Below are positions 34,734-44,371 of a stretch of 64,000 nucleotides of DNA, piece after piece. The translations under genes were made by a program, and so were the position numbers. The DNA comes from an uncultured bacterium (GTDB lineage Bacteria > Patescibacteriota > JACMRA01). The DNA lies in NCBI GenBank assembly GCA_963704645.1, contig OY969926.1:224001-288000 (forward strand). Reading direction: 5' to 3'. The first letter of the stretch is position 1; every line of letters starts with the position of its first letter. The notes below the pieces were generated by a model. The model was not told the DNA's origin. It saw only the letters and a list, made by a program, of their open reading frames with translations, and did not search any database.

Positions 34734-35003
34734 TATCTTACCCCCTTAAATATTCTACTAACCTTTAATTTAGTTATTATTTTATTAATTTGTACAAGGT
34801 TATTTTAAAAATTGCTGTTGAATATTAAAATTTTCCCCTATACAAATAATATCTAAATGTAAAATAAAGAGCTAACCTAATAAAACTATGGTCGCTTTAA
34901 CAAATGGAAGAAACAATAGGGTAAACCGGTGAAGCAGGTTTTAGAGGTGTTTTTAGGGCTTAATATAATTGACAATTATTCTAGTAAAAAGCAATACAAC
35001 ACT

Positions 35004-35357
35004 ATGATCACAGTCTACGGAATTACCAATTGCAGCACAGTGCAAAAAGCTAGGAATTGGCTTGAACAAAACAAAATTGAGTATAATTTCCATGATTATA
35101 AAAAAGTTGGAATAGATAGCCAACACTTACAAAAATGGATTAACAAATTTGGCTGGGACAAAGTTTTGAACATGCAAGGCATGATGTGGCGAAAAGCCAG
35201 CGACGAAGAAAAATCCAAGGTTGTAGATGAAAAATCTGCTATTGAGTTTATGATTAAAGTTCCAAATTCTATTAAGAGGCCGATTGTAGAGTTGGAGGGT
35301 GGGGAGGTTTTGAGGGGGTTTGATGAGTTGGAGTGGAAAAGAAGGCTAGAATTATAG
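35004..35357 (+). CDS. ArsC/Spx/YffB family protein
   Basis: MITVYGITNCSTVQKAR, HDYKK, IKRPIV, GFD; start moved to ATG at 35004. Confidence 0.9.
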   Translation: MITVYGITNCSTVQKARNWLEQNKIEYNFHDYKKVGIDSQHLQKWINKFGWDKVLNMQGMMWRKASDEEKSKVVDEKSAIEFMIKVPNSIKRPIVELEGGEVLRGFDELEWKRRLEL

Positions 35358-38300
35358 AATTCATAACACATAATGCCTGTATGAATTTATTTGATAGCGA
35401 ACAAGACCCTTCTAAAATATCTCCTTTAAAAAACAGGGCTGCAGAAAGTGAAATTAAAGGAATTATAAAAATACAAAACTATTTAGCTAACTTCCACCAA
35501 GATTCAAGAAGTAAAGGCTTACTGATTGAAGATAAAATTAATTACAAAGACACTGAGAGGACACACGATGGATTTATACAATTTCATTTTAATAACAACC
35601 AGTTTGATAACATTGTTCCTGTTTGGTCGCAAGTTAAATCACAAAAAAAATGGCAAGGGAGTTGGGAAATAACCGATAAAAATATTCTTGATTACAAAGC
35701 TAGAGGGATAGATACTAACACATTTGTTTGGTTAATGACTTTACGCAGTGAACAAAAAGTATATTATAGAATTTTAAACTACAACGATTATTACAAGCTA
35801 ATAAAATCAAAAGATGAAAAAAGGTATATAGAGTTTGATAGAAAGAAATTTTTTCAAAATGATTGGGAAACAGTTAATCAGTTTTTTACCGATTGGAAAA
35901 GGGAGTATTATAAAATAAGACAGATTGATTCAGATTTAGAAATCCCAAAAAAAGAGCTTTCAGATTATGATAAATCTCTTGATAAGATAAAGCCAATTTT
36001 AAAATCAACCATTATATCGCGTAAAGAAGTTTCTGAAAGTAATAGGGTAATAGATCTTTTAGATAAAATAATAAAAATTGGTAACAACCCTTGGACTGAA
36101 GATTTAACTGATACTTTGAAAGAAAATCCAACATTACAATCAAGGTTTTTCGAGATTTTAGAAAGTAAAGACATCAAAACAATTAATAGAGCATTTAAAT
36201 TTGTTATACCAAAATTAATACATATTATTACAGAAAAACCTAAAATTAATTTCCAGGATTGGAAAACTGCGAGGAGATTATTTTTATACATACTTAACAA
36301 ATACAATTGTGAGAACAAGAACGATAATAAGGTACAGGAGTATTATCAAAATATAATTTTAAACTTAGATATTAACCAATACGAAGACTTAGAGCAATTG
36401 AATTTAATATTTAATGGATTAAATGATGTTGATGAAATAACAAGTGAATTGAGGATAAAAATTTTAGAAATTATCGAAAATATTCAATCAACTAATTACC
36501 CAATATTCTTTAGCCTGTCCAGGTTTGTAAGTAAACACTTTTATAAATACCCCAGGGAATGTACCATAATTTTTTCTAAAATAATTCAAGATTCAAACAT
36601 GTCTAGTCATGGTTTTGATTCTGATGGACAACATATTATAAATGAGTTTTTTAGAAAATTTCCAAATGAGAAAAAAATAGAATATAAGCAATATTTAATT
36701 AAACTTGCCGTAGAGTCATTAGTAAAATCTGCAAATGAAGATAAAAGTTTAGATTTAAATGAACATTCAATATATAAATATGAAAGTTTTCCATTACATT
36801 ATTTACATTTTTCTAAAGAAGATGAAATTGAAAATGATAATATTTCATATTTTGACTTTTTATGGAAATTATTAAAGGAAAATTTTGCACCTGCTGAAAT
36901 AACTAATATTTTTGATACTTGGTTTGGCTCTAAAAATATCTATGAGTCTTTAGTGTTTTTTGCATTTAGGTATTCTAAAATGAATGATTTAGCTTATGAT
37001 AAAATAGATTTGTTACTTACAGAAATAAACAAATTAGATTTTGGAAAATGGGATAAACCTCCAAAACAAAGTTTTTGGCTTGAAGAAAAGGAACCTTATA
37101 TAACAACTATTCACTCTGGATACGTAACAGAAGAAATGATAGTCACTGAATGGCAACAAAAATTACCCAAAACTAGAGATTCATACTTAAATTGGGGCCA
37201 CCAAGATTGGCAAAAAGATGTAGAATTTGAAATTCAAAACAACCAAAATAGCTTTGATTTTTCATATAATATTGAAAAAGTGCTTAAATCATATCTCATT
37301 AAAAGCAAACTTGAAATAGAAGAATTAATAACTTTCTTTGCAAGTATCAATTATGCTAATAATATTGAATTAAAAAATTCTTACTTATTAGCTTGTGTAA
37401 AAATATTAGAAGAAAGTACAATCTTAAAAATTGAACAAGCTAAAATTTTAATTGATCAAATAAATAGTAAAAATATTGTTCTGTCTGGAGAATTGGGCAA
37501 AGTTATCCTGTGGTTTTTTGAGAAAAGTTTTGAAGATATAAAGATGGAAAGTACAGTAGTTGGAAACTTATATACAATAATAACTAGTTTTTTAAAAGAA
37601 TACGTGCTTGAAGACAAGTATCAAACCAATTTAAACCACCAAGATATAAGAATCAAAAAGGTGAAGGTTACAGCAGGAACAATTATTAACACTCCAACTG
37701 GAGTAGCTTTTGAAATACTAATCTTTAAATTATGGTATCATTATTTAAATACAGAAAAAGATATCGAAATTTTAGAATTTATTAAATCTCAATTTGAAAA
37801 CAATAAACCCCTGGTAAAAGATTCAATTTTATTTTGCCTTGGCCACTCATCAAAGGAAATTTTAGATAAATACTGGGTTAAATTCATTGATAACATAGTA
37901 AAAGAAAGCCTAAAAGAGGATTACGATTATGGTCGTTTTATATTTTTATTGTATATCATAAATAGATGGCTTATAAAATCGGTAGACTATAGAAACGACT
38001 TGCAAAAATGGGTAAAAGTATTTCTTGAAACATTTGGAGAAGATGAAAGAGATGAGTATTTATCAGCCTGTATTCACCAAATTTATGCAATTGAAATTTG
38101 GACAGGAATTTTTCAAAAACAGCTTGGCAGTTTCAAGGTATTGAATGATGAGGTAAAATATGAACTAAGTAGAACAATTTTGAGCACAGCCGAAAAATAT
38201 AGGACATTTTTTAAAGATAAAGAAAACAAAGTATTTCTTGAAAAAAGATTATTCAGTTATATTGACGCGGCTATAACCTTCTTAAATAAACATGATTTGA

Positions 38301-38747
38301 AAAAATACAAAACAGATAATTTCTTTAGATCAATAGTTTACGATTATGAAGAAACTTCTAAACTAGAAGAATATTTTGAATATTGGCTTAGCGAAGATAG
38401 GAAACCTTATTTTATAAAAATATTAGATATGAAAGAAGCATATTCGTATTTATATGATCCTGAATTTTTAAAGGAGAGGTATATTGTTGAAAGCAAAAAA
38501 CTAAGAAATTTTGCCATAGAATTTTTAGAAATATATTTAGAATCTAAAAGAAAATTAGAAGACATTGATTTATTAGCTAAAAAAATCATTTTCATAGTTA
38601 AAACAGATAACTTGTACCTAGATCCAAGAGTAAAAAACATCAGTGAAATGCTTATATCAATTAGTAGTTTGGAAAAAGTAATAGAATTAAGCCAAATTTT
38701 AACTGAAAACAGTTAAGTTCGTTTATGATTAAAGTTCCAAATTCTAT
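35246..38747 (+). mobile_element. Single-gene insertion bounded by a 27-bp direct repeat inside the ArsC-family gene
   Basis: gtttatgattaaagttccaaattctat at 35246-35272 and 38721-38747; no integrase inside. Confidence 0.75.
35381..38716 (+). CDS. Large protein with an N-terminal PD-(D/E)xK-like nuclease motif and a long helical region; candidate anti-phage gene
   Basis: E..G, HDGFIQF, SQVKS at the N-terminus; very low GC; likely start ATG 35381. Confidence 0.6.
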   Translation: MNLFDSEQDPSKISPLKNRAAESEIKGIIKIQNYLANFHQDSRSKGLLIEDKINYKDTERTHDGFIQFHFNNNQFDNIVPVWSQVKSQKKWQGSWEITDKNILDYKARGIDTNTFVWLMTLRSEQKVYYRILNYNDYYKLIKSKDEKRYIEFDRKKFFQNDWETVNQFFTDWKREYYKIRQIDSDLEIPKKELSDYDKSLDKIKPILKSTIISRKEVSESNRVIDLLDKIIKIGNNPWTEDLTDTLKENPTLQSRFFEILESKDIKTINRAFKFVIPKLIHIITEKPKINFQDWKTARRLFLYILNKYNCENKNDNKVQEYYQNIILNLDINQYEDLEQLNLIFNGLNDVDEITSELRIKILEIIENIQSTNYPIFFSLSRFVSKHFYKYPRECTIIFSKIIQDSNMSSHGFDSDGQHIINEFFRKFPNEKKIEYKQYLIKLAVESLVKSANEDKSLDLNEHSIYKYESFPLHYLHFSKEDEIENDNISYFDFLWKLLKENFAPAEITNIFDTWFGSKNIYESLVFFAFRYSKMNDLAYDKIDLLLTEINKLDFGKWDKPPKQSFWLEEKEPYITTIHSGYVTEEMIVTEWQQKLPKTRDSYLNWGHQDWQKDVEFEIQNNQNSFDFSYNIEKVLKSYLIKSKLEIEELITFFASINYANNIELKNSYLLACVKILEESTILKIEQAKILIDQINSKNIVLSGELGKVILWFFEKSFEDIKMESTVVGNLYTIITSFLKEYVLEDKYQTNLNHQDIRIKKVKVTAGTIINTPTGVAFEILIFKLWYHYLNTEKDIEILEFIKSQFENNKPLVKDSILFCLGHSSKEILDKYWVKFIDNIVKESLKEDYDYGRFIFLLYIINRWLIKSVDYRNDLQKWVKVFLETFGEDERDEYLSACIHQIYAIEIWTGIFQKQLGSFKVLNDEVKYELSRTILSTAEKYRTFFKDKENKVFLEKRLFSYIDAAITFLNKHDLKKYKTDNFFRSIVYDYEETSKLEEYFEYWLSEDRKPYFIKILDMKEAYSYLYDPEFLKERYIVESKKLRNFAIEFLEIYLESKRKLEDIDLLAKKIIFIVKTDNLYLDPRVKNISEMLISISSLEKVIELSQILTENS

Positions 38748-38832
38748 AAAAAGACCAATTGTTGAGTTAGAAGGTGGGGAAATTTTAAAGGGGTTTGACG
38801 AGGCAGAGTGGAGAAAAAGTTTGAATGCTTGA
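38721..38832 (+). pseudogene. Displaced 3' end of the ArsC-family gene
   Basis: Translates FMIKVPNSIKRPIVELEGGEILKGFDEAEWRKSLNA*, matching the C-terminus at 35246-35357. Confidence 0.9.
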
Positions 38833-38960
38833 ACATAATTTAAATTTGTTTATTTAACAGAAATTTTTCAAAGCTTTAGCTGCGGAATATAGCGAAAAAA
38901 GCTTATAACAAGTCAAAAATAGTGTTTGACACTAAAGCAAATGTCTTGTGGTATTGAAGT

Positions 38961-39854
38961 ATGACCAAATCTAATTGGAGTGTTGAAAACATACCTAATC
39001 AAACTAATAAAATAATTATAATTACTGGGGCTACAAGCGGTCTTGGTAAGGAAGCCACTAAGGTTTTGGCAAAGAAAAATGCTACGGTAGTAATGGCAGT
39101 TCGCAATACTAAAAAAGCAGATATAGTGGCAAATGAAATTCGCTTAGATTACCCAGAAGCCAAATTAGATATACGCCAATTAGATTTAGGTAGTTTAAAG
39201 TCTATAAAAGCTTTTACTAGCAATTTCTTAAAAGACTATGACAAATTGGACATATTAATTAACAACGCCGGTGTAATGGCTTGTCCTTATTCTAAAACAG
39301 AGGATGGTTTTGAAATTCAGATGGGAACCAACCATTTTGGTCCTTTTGCTCTTACTGGTTTATTGTTTGATTTATTAAAGAAAACACCCAATTCAAGAAT
39401 TGTTTCCACTTCTAGTTTTGCACATTTACGAGGTAATATTAATTTTTCTGACATCAATTGGGAGACTAGGAAATATAATACCGCCAAAGCCTACGCTGAT
39501 AGTAAAATTGCCAACTTATATTTTACATATGAATTAGCAAAAAAATGCCAAGATGGTCACCCTTTGGTAACAGTGGCTCACCCTGGTTGGACTAAAACAG
39601 AGCTAGACAGACATTCTGGAATAGCAGCATTTTTAGGTAATATTTTGGCACAAAAAGTAGATATGGGAACATTACCAACTCTTCGCGCAGCATTTGATTC
39701 TGAAGCCAAATCTGGACATTTCTATGGACCGAACGGACTTTTTGGAATTAAAGGTTATCCTGTAAAAGTAAAATCTAATGAACTATCTCATAGTGAAACT
39801 ATAGCTAAAGAATTGTGGGAAGTCTCGCAGAAAGCGACTGGAGTTAATTATTAG
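38961..39854 (+). CDS. Short-chain dehydrogenase/reductase (retinol dehydrogenase-like subgroup)
   Basis: TGATSGLG, INNAG, TNHFG, YADSK, HPG. Confidence 0.93.
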   Translation: MTKSNWSVENIPNQTNKIIIITGATSGLGKEATKVLAKKNATVVMAVRNTKKADIVANEIRLDYPEAKLDIRQLDLGSLKSIKAFTSNFLKDYDKLDILINNAGVMACPYSKTEDGFEIQMGTNHFGPFALTGLLFDLLKKTPNSRIVSTSSFAHLRGNINFSDINWETRKYNTAKAYADSKIANLYFTYELAKKCQDGHPLVTVAHPGWTKTELDRHSGIAAFLGNILAQKVDMGTLPTLRAAFDSEAKSGHFYGPNGLFGIKGYPVKVKSNELSHSETIAKELWEVSQKATGVNY

Positions 39855-39867
39855 GAATTACTAAGTA

Positions 39868-40971
39868 ATGAAGGTTTTTAACTTTATGAACCCTCCAACC
39901 AACTTCACACCTAAAACCAATTCTGAGTTGTTGGCATATTGCTCGGCTATTAGACCTGTAGAATACGAAAGCAGCCGCAATAGTGTAAACGGTAAAGTTA
40001 CAATGCTTTCACCCTACATCACCGCTGGTATAATTTCCCTAGCTAAGATCAAATCGGTTATTCTTCAAAAGCACAGTCTACAGAATTCAATGAAGCTGAT
40101 TCAGGAACTGTCTTGGAGAGACTATTTTCAGTCTGTACATTTAAGCATGGGGGATGAAATATTTAAAAGTATAAAGAGAGAGCAAGAATTTGGACTTTTT
40201 GATGAAATACCAACTGCTATTTTAGAGGCAAAAACTGAGATTAAAGTTATAGATAATGCTGTTACAAAACTTTATGAAACAGGATATTTGCATAATCACG
40301 AGCGTATGTGGCTTGCAATGCTTATTTGCAATATTGCCGGAACAAAATGGCAGGTTGGGGCTAAATGGATGTATTATTATTTACTTGATGGAGATCTGGC
40401 ATCTAACACACTATCATGGCAATGGGTGGCGGGAACTTTTTCTTCTAAAAAATACTTTGCTAATCAAGAAAATCTTAATAAATACGGAAATAGCCAAGAT
40501 AGGCAATTTGGAACTATTTTAGATAAAAGCTACGAAGAGATAAGCCAAAACTCAGATGAAAAAATTGTACCAAGCTTGTTTAGTGATCGAAGTTCAATAA
40601 TTCTTGAAAATAACACAAATTATCTGGCTAGTTTTTTTGAAGAAGCCAACAAACTTGATGATCAAAACACGTGTTTTACAATAAATACAATTACACCTGA
40701 TTTGAGTGAAAAGCCCAATCCTGTTTTGGTTTTTATTGAAGATCCAGAATGGTTAATTTCCAAAAAAAGAATTGACTTTGTAGTTGCTCAAATAAAACTA
40801 ATTGCGCCAGATACAAAACTGCTGGTTGTACAAAAGAATGATGAAAATAACCAAGATTTAATTAAAAAATTACCAAAACAAGAACGACTACACCCCACTC
40901 TAACTGATTATTATCAATCTTTTTTCAAGTTTTGGAGTAAAGCCGAAAAGCTAATTATTGAGGGAAATTAA
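39868..40971 (+). CDS. Short photolyase with N-terminal FAD-binding domain (inverted-topology, NewPHL-like)
   Basis: SRN..G.VT.LSPYI at the start, GYLHNHERMW, LLDGDLASNTLSWQWVAG; no N-terminal antenna domain. Confidence 0.8.
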   Translation: MKVFNFMNPPTNFTPKTNSELLAYCSAIRPVEYESSRNSVNGKVTMLSPYITAGIISLAKIKSVILQKHSLQNSMKLIQELSWRDYFQSVHLSMGDEIFKSIKREQEFGLFDEIPTAILEAKTEIKVIDNAVTKLYETGYLHNHERMWLAMLICNIAGTKWQVGAKWMYYYLLDGDLASNTLSWQWVAGTFSSKKYFANQENLNKYGNSQDRQFGTILDKSYEEISQNSDEKIVPSLFSDRSSIILENNTNYLASFFEEANKLDDQNTCFTINTITPDLSEKPNPVLVFIEDPEWLISKKRIDFVVAQIKLIAPDTKLLVVQKNDENNQDLIKKLPKQERLHPTLTDYYQSFFKFWSKAEKLIIEGN

Positions 40972-42437
40972 GTTAAACCTATCATTTGAGATCTATTCAA
41001 CCTACCTTTTATTAACATTGCCATGCGTGGATTTTTAATAAATGTCTCTTGGTGACTTAATAGAAATTCCCAAAATTTATCTGTCCACATTTTTTCCCAA
41101 ATATAATTTTTACCGGTTGGATAATCTGACATTTTTTTAATGTAATTACCACCTGCAATGTAGGGTTTTGTTGCAAAAATTCCTCCATCAGCGTACAAGC
41201 CCATTCCCATTACATTGGCCACCATTACCCACTCGCTGGAATCTATGAACATTTCTACAAACCAAATATAGCATTGAGCTGGTTTATATTGGTTCAGGGT
41301 CATCCAATTAGCCAAAATCATTAGTCTTTCAATATGGTGACAATAGGCTAACCTATCTACTTTTTCCAAAGTGTATTTTAGTGGTAGGTTTTGGGAATAC
41401 TCGGAATCTTCAATAAAGTCACTTCTATAAAAATACTCTGGTAAATCTTTTTCTGCTTTAAAAAAATTAAGTTCTAAAAAGTTTTCGGAGTAAACATTAT
41501 CATATAAACCTTTTACCCATTCTCTCCAACCAATAATTTGCCTAACAAAACCCTCCAGGGAGTTCATTGGAATATTTTTTAAGCTGGTAACCTTATCTAA
41601 AACTTGATTTGGGGTTAGTAACCCATTGTTAAGCAAAGCTGATAGGCACGAGTGAAAAACAGTATCCGAGCTGGTGGTCATTGCATCTTCGTAATCACCA
41701 AACTTTTCTAAGTATAAATTACAAAATTGGCTTAAATATTCATCTGATTGCTTAAAGTTAACTGGCAGCCAAGAATTTTCTAGAATTTGACCGGGATTGT
41801 TTGGAAAATACTTTTTAACAACATTTACAACAATTTTATAGTGTTCAGATTCAAAAACTGTTTGTCTTTCTGGAATTAATTCATTTTTAGGTAGCTTCTT
41901 TCTATTTTCCTCATCAAAAGACCATTTCCCACCAACGGGAGTATTATCCCGCTCAACTAATATTCCTAACCTTTTACGTTGCTGAATATAAAAATCATTC
42001 ATTAGTAGTCTTTTCCCATTTTTACTAGAAACAAAGTCTGAAAACACGTGTTTTGGTGTTAAAAACATTGGACTCGGCAAAACTCTAAGCCTAATATTTA
42101 GTCTAGTACAAACATCATCTAAAAACTTGGCGAAATATTTATCGGCAATTTCACAAATTACTAATTCTTCATATTTATTAACTTGAAAAAGATGGATTAG
42201 AACCTCCTCAAAATCTCTTTTCTCCTCTAAATAATTATAAAATACCTTCTTTTTATTTTCCTCTAAATAATCTTTATATTCCCTCATTATAGTTAGAATA
42301 TAAGCTAGTTTAAACTTGTGATAATTGAATTTACTAGTTAAAAAACCAGATTCCACCATAACAAAATCTGCTTCCAAATTTAAGGATGGGTGATTCTTAA
42401 AAAGTTGATCGGCAACTATTAGGCAAAGTGAGGGCAT
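40968..42437 (-). CDS. Prokaryotic (6-4) photolyase-like protein (PhrB/CryB family), lacking the Fe-S cysteines
   Basis: DQLF, HKFK, GGKWSFDEENRK, FGDYEDAM, EGFVRQIIGWRE, HHIERLM, ATKPY..GNYIKKMSDY. Confidence 0.9.
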   Translation of the reverse strand: MPSLCLIVADQLFKNHPSLNLEADFVMVESGFLTSKFNYHKFKLAYILTIMREYKDYLEENKKKVFYNYLEEKRDFEEVLIHLFQVNKYEELVICEIADKYFAKFLDDVCTRLNIRLRVLPSPMFLTPKHVFSDFVSSKNGKRLLMNDFYIQQRKRLGILVERDNTPVGGKWSFDEENRKKLPKNELIPERQTVFESEHYKIVVNVVKKYFPNNPGQILENSWLPVNFKQSDEYLSQFCNLYLEKFGDYEDAMTTSSDTVFHSCLSALLNNGLLTPNQVLDKVTSLKNIPMNSLEGFVRQIIGWREWVKGLYDNVYSENFLELNFFKAEKDLPEYFYRSDFIEDSEYSQNLPLKYTLEKVDRLAYCHHIERLMILANWMTLNQYKPAQCYIWFVEMFIDSSEWVMVANVMGMGLYADGGIFATKPYIAGGNYIKKMSDYPTGKNYIWEKMWTDKFWEFLLSHQETFIKNPRMAMLIKGRLNRSQMIGLT

Positions 42438-42618
42438 GTTATTGCTATGTAATTAAAAAAATGTCTGTTAAGCTGATTGTGAAATTAAAAAGACATCTAA
42501 ATTCAAGGTTTATAGTATTTGTTATGGACTTGATGAACATCTAGAAATACAGCCTCTGCTCTCAACTCATATTTAGACCTATGTGAACCAATAATACGTT
42601 TATTGATTTAATATATTA

Positions 42619-42945
42619 TTACTTTCCTGAATAATTTATAAATTTAATTGTTTCCTTGGGCGGCGTTGGTGGCTTAGGTGGTAATTTATCTCCGTATTTC
42701 TTTAGTGTATAAACATATAAATCTTGCACTTTAACTCTGGCCCATTCAGTTTTACGCAGAAAAGTTAAACTAGAAGAAATACTTGGGTTCATTTTAAAAC
42801 ATTTAATATCTACCAATTCACCCAGCTTTTCCCAACCATATTTTTCATACAAAAATTCAACTATTACTTTCAAACTTTTCCCATGCAAAGGGTCATTGGC
42901 TTGAGTTTCGGCAAAATCTCTTTTTAGCTGCTCATTGTTTATCAT
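42619..42945 (-). CDS. DUF2132/VF530 family protein
   Basis: DPLHG.SL, YGWEKL, PSISSSLTFLRKTEWAR. Confidence 0.88.
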   Translation of the reverse strand: MINNEQLKRDFAETQANDPLHGKSLKVIVEFLYEKYGWEKLGELVDIKCFKMNPSISSSLTFLRKTEWARVKVQDLYVYTLKKYGDKLPPKPPTPPKETIKFINYSGK

Positions 42946-43055
42946 AATTGGTTATTATTTGGATTAATAATATTTGTAAACAGCGTCGTAACTATACTAT
43001 AACAAAAAAGCCGCCTAGAAGACGACCTTTTGAACTTAACTAAAAAATATTTAAC

Positions 43056-43505
43056 TTAAGCAGTTTTTTGGTTATCAGAAATTATTCTAATAAGTGTTAC
43101 AATACCCCAAGAAGCCAATGAGTAGATAATAATAGCAACTAATGCAGCTGTATCAAAGTAAGTGTTACCTTGACTTGGAGCTGGGAAAATTCCGTTGAAA
43201 GCCATAACAAAAGGACGAGTAATACTATAAAGTGCTCCTGTAAAACCACTTTGTTGAGCATTAAACAACAAGAAAACAATTCTTAAAGCTAAAACAACGT
43301 TAATAAAACCAACCACAAACCAAACTAATTGAATAATTTTTTCAACGCCTTTGCTTTTATCTGCAGTGTTTTGAGACATATTGTTTGCTGGTTCCATATT
43401 GCTTACTGGTGTAGTATTAATAAAGGTTTGGTTAGAAGGATTCATCTGAGGGTTTTGTGGATCTTGGTTACCAGGGTTTTGGTTGTAGTTCGGACTTTGT
43501 TGCAT
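43056..43505 (-). CDS. YggT-like membrane protein
   Basis: LALRIVF..A..F...Y.IT.PF..PF-like segment, GIF; Q/N-rich N-terminus. Confidence 0.7.
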   Translation of the reverse strand: MQQSPNYNQNPGNQDPQNPQMNPSNQTFINTTPVSNMEPANNMSQNTADKSKGVEKIIQLVWFVVGFINVVLALRIVFLLFNAQQSGFTGALYSITRPFVMAFNGIFPAPSQGNTYFDTAALVAIIIYSLASWGIVTLIRIISDNQKTA

Positions 43506-43655
43506 AATAAAATGTAAGACTTTAAATTTGTTTAATTTATTGTAGTACCTACCGCTAGGTGGTAAAGCTTAATCTGTCAATGTTATTAAAAATTTAACTT
43601 CCATCCAGTTTTACCACACTCATCGTAATTATATCCTTAATAGAATGTTCACATA

Positions 43656-44363
43656 CTAATTTGTAATTACATATTCAACATCAAACTTCTGCAAAAGCTC
43701 CATATTTTGTTTGTTAATACTACTAGCAGTTTGGAAATTACTTAAAAAATTATTAGAAAGAACAACACCCTTCCACGGCCGGAAAATAAATTTAGCCAAA
43801 CTTAGCTTTGCTGGTTCAAAAATACATACGGAAATTGTTAATTTGGGGTTTAAACTTATTATAAAATTTATTCCAGTAATAATTTTTTCTACATTATCGG
43901 TTATTTGTATATAAACTTTATTAACAACACCGCACTCTAATTTCTTAATTAGATGATTATTCTCTTTTATCTGATCGTGGGAATTACAATTATAAGCTAC
44001 AGAAATAATTAAACTAAAATCTCGATTGTCCTTGCTGTTCAAATATTCTAAAGCATTCAGAACATTAATTTTTCTGGAATTTGAACCCGATACAACCAGA
44101 AGTTCATAAATATTTGGCTGAGTTTTTATAATTTCTAAATATTCATTCAATTCACCAATTATCAAGCTTAGGTTACCGTTGTTATAATGGTTAGCAACAC
44201 TAAAAGTTATACCTAATTTATTACTAATGTGTTTTGCAAGTTCAATATTTGAGTAAGCATTCGGCTTATCGGGTAGATGAATGCTACACTCTTTAGGAAT
44301 TTTTTCTAGCTTGGTTGGTAATTCTTCAAGTTTTGATACAACTAATTCATACGTTAAAATCAT
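43656..44363 (-). CDS. Hypothetical TIM-barrel protein, possibly MTHFR-like flavoprotein
   Basis: LLVVSGS, VAYN, KKL..G.V..VYIQ, FRPWKGV. Confidence 0.45.
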   Translation of the reverse strand: MILTYELVVSKLEELPTKLEKIPKECSIHLPDKPNAYSNIELAKHISNKLGITFSVANHYNNGNLSLIIGELNEYLEIIKTQPNIYELLVVSGSNSRKINVLNALEYLNSKDNRDFSLIISVAYNCNSHDQIKENNHLIKKLECGVVNKVYIQITDNVEKIITGINFIISLNPKLTISVCIFEPAKLSLAKFIFRPWKGVVLSNNFLSNFQTASSINKQNMELLQKFDVEYVITN

Positions 44364-44371
44364 GCAAAACT

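Noticed and set aside
35246-38832. Diversity-generating retroelement TR/VR pair
   Set aside because: No reverse transcriptase in the window, changes are mostly synonymous and several are at non-A positions
38961-39854. SDR as a retinal supplier for the rhodopsin
   Set aside because: This SDR subgroup is ubiquitous, lies 19 kb away, and substrate cannot be read from sequence
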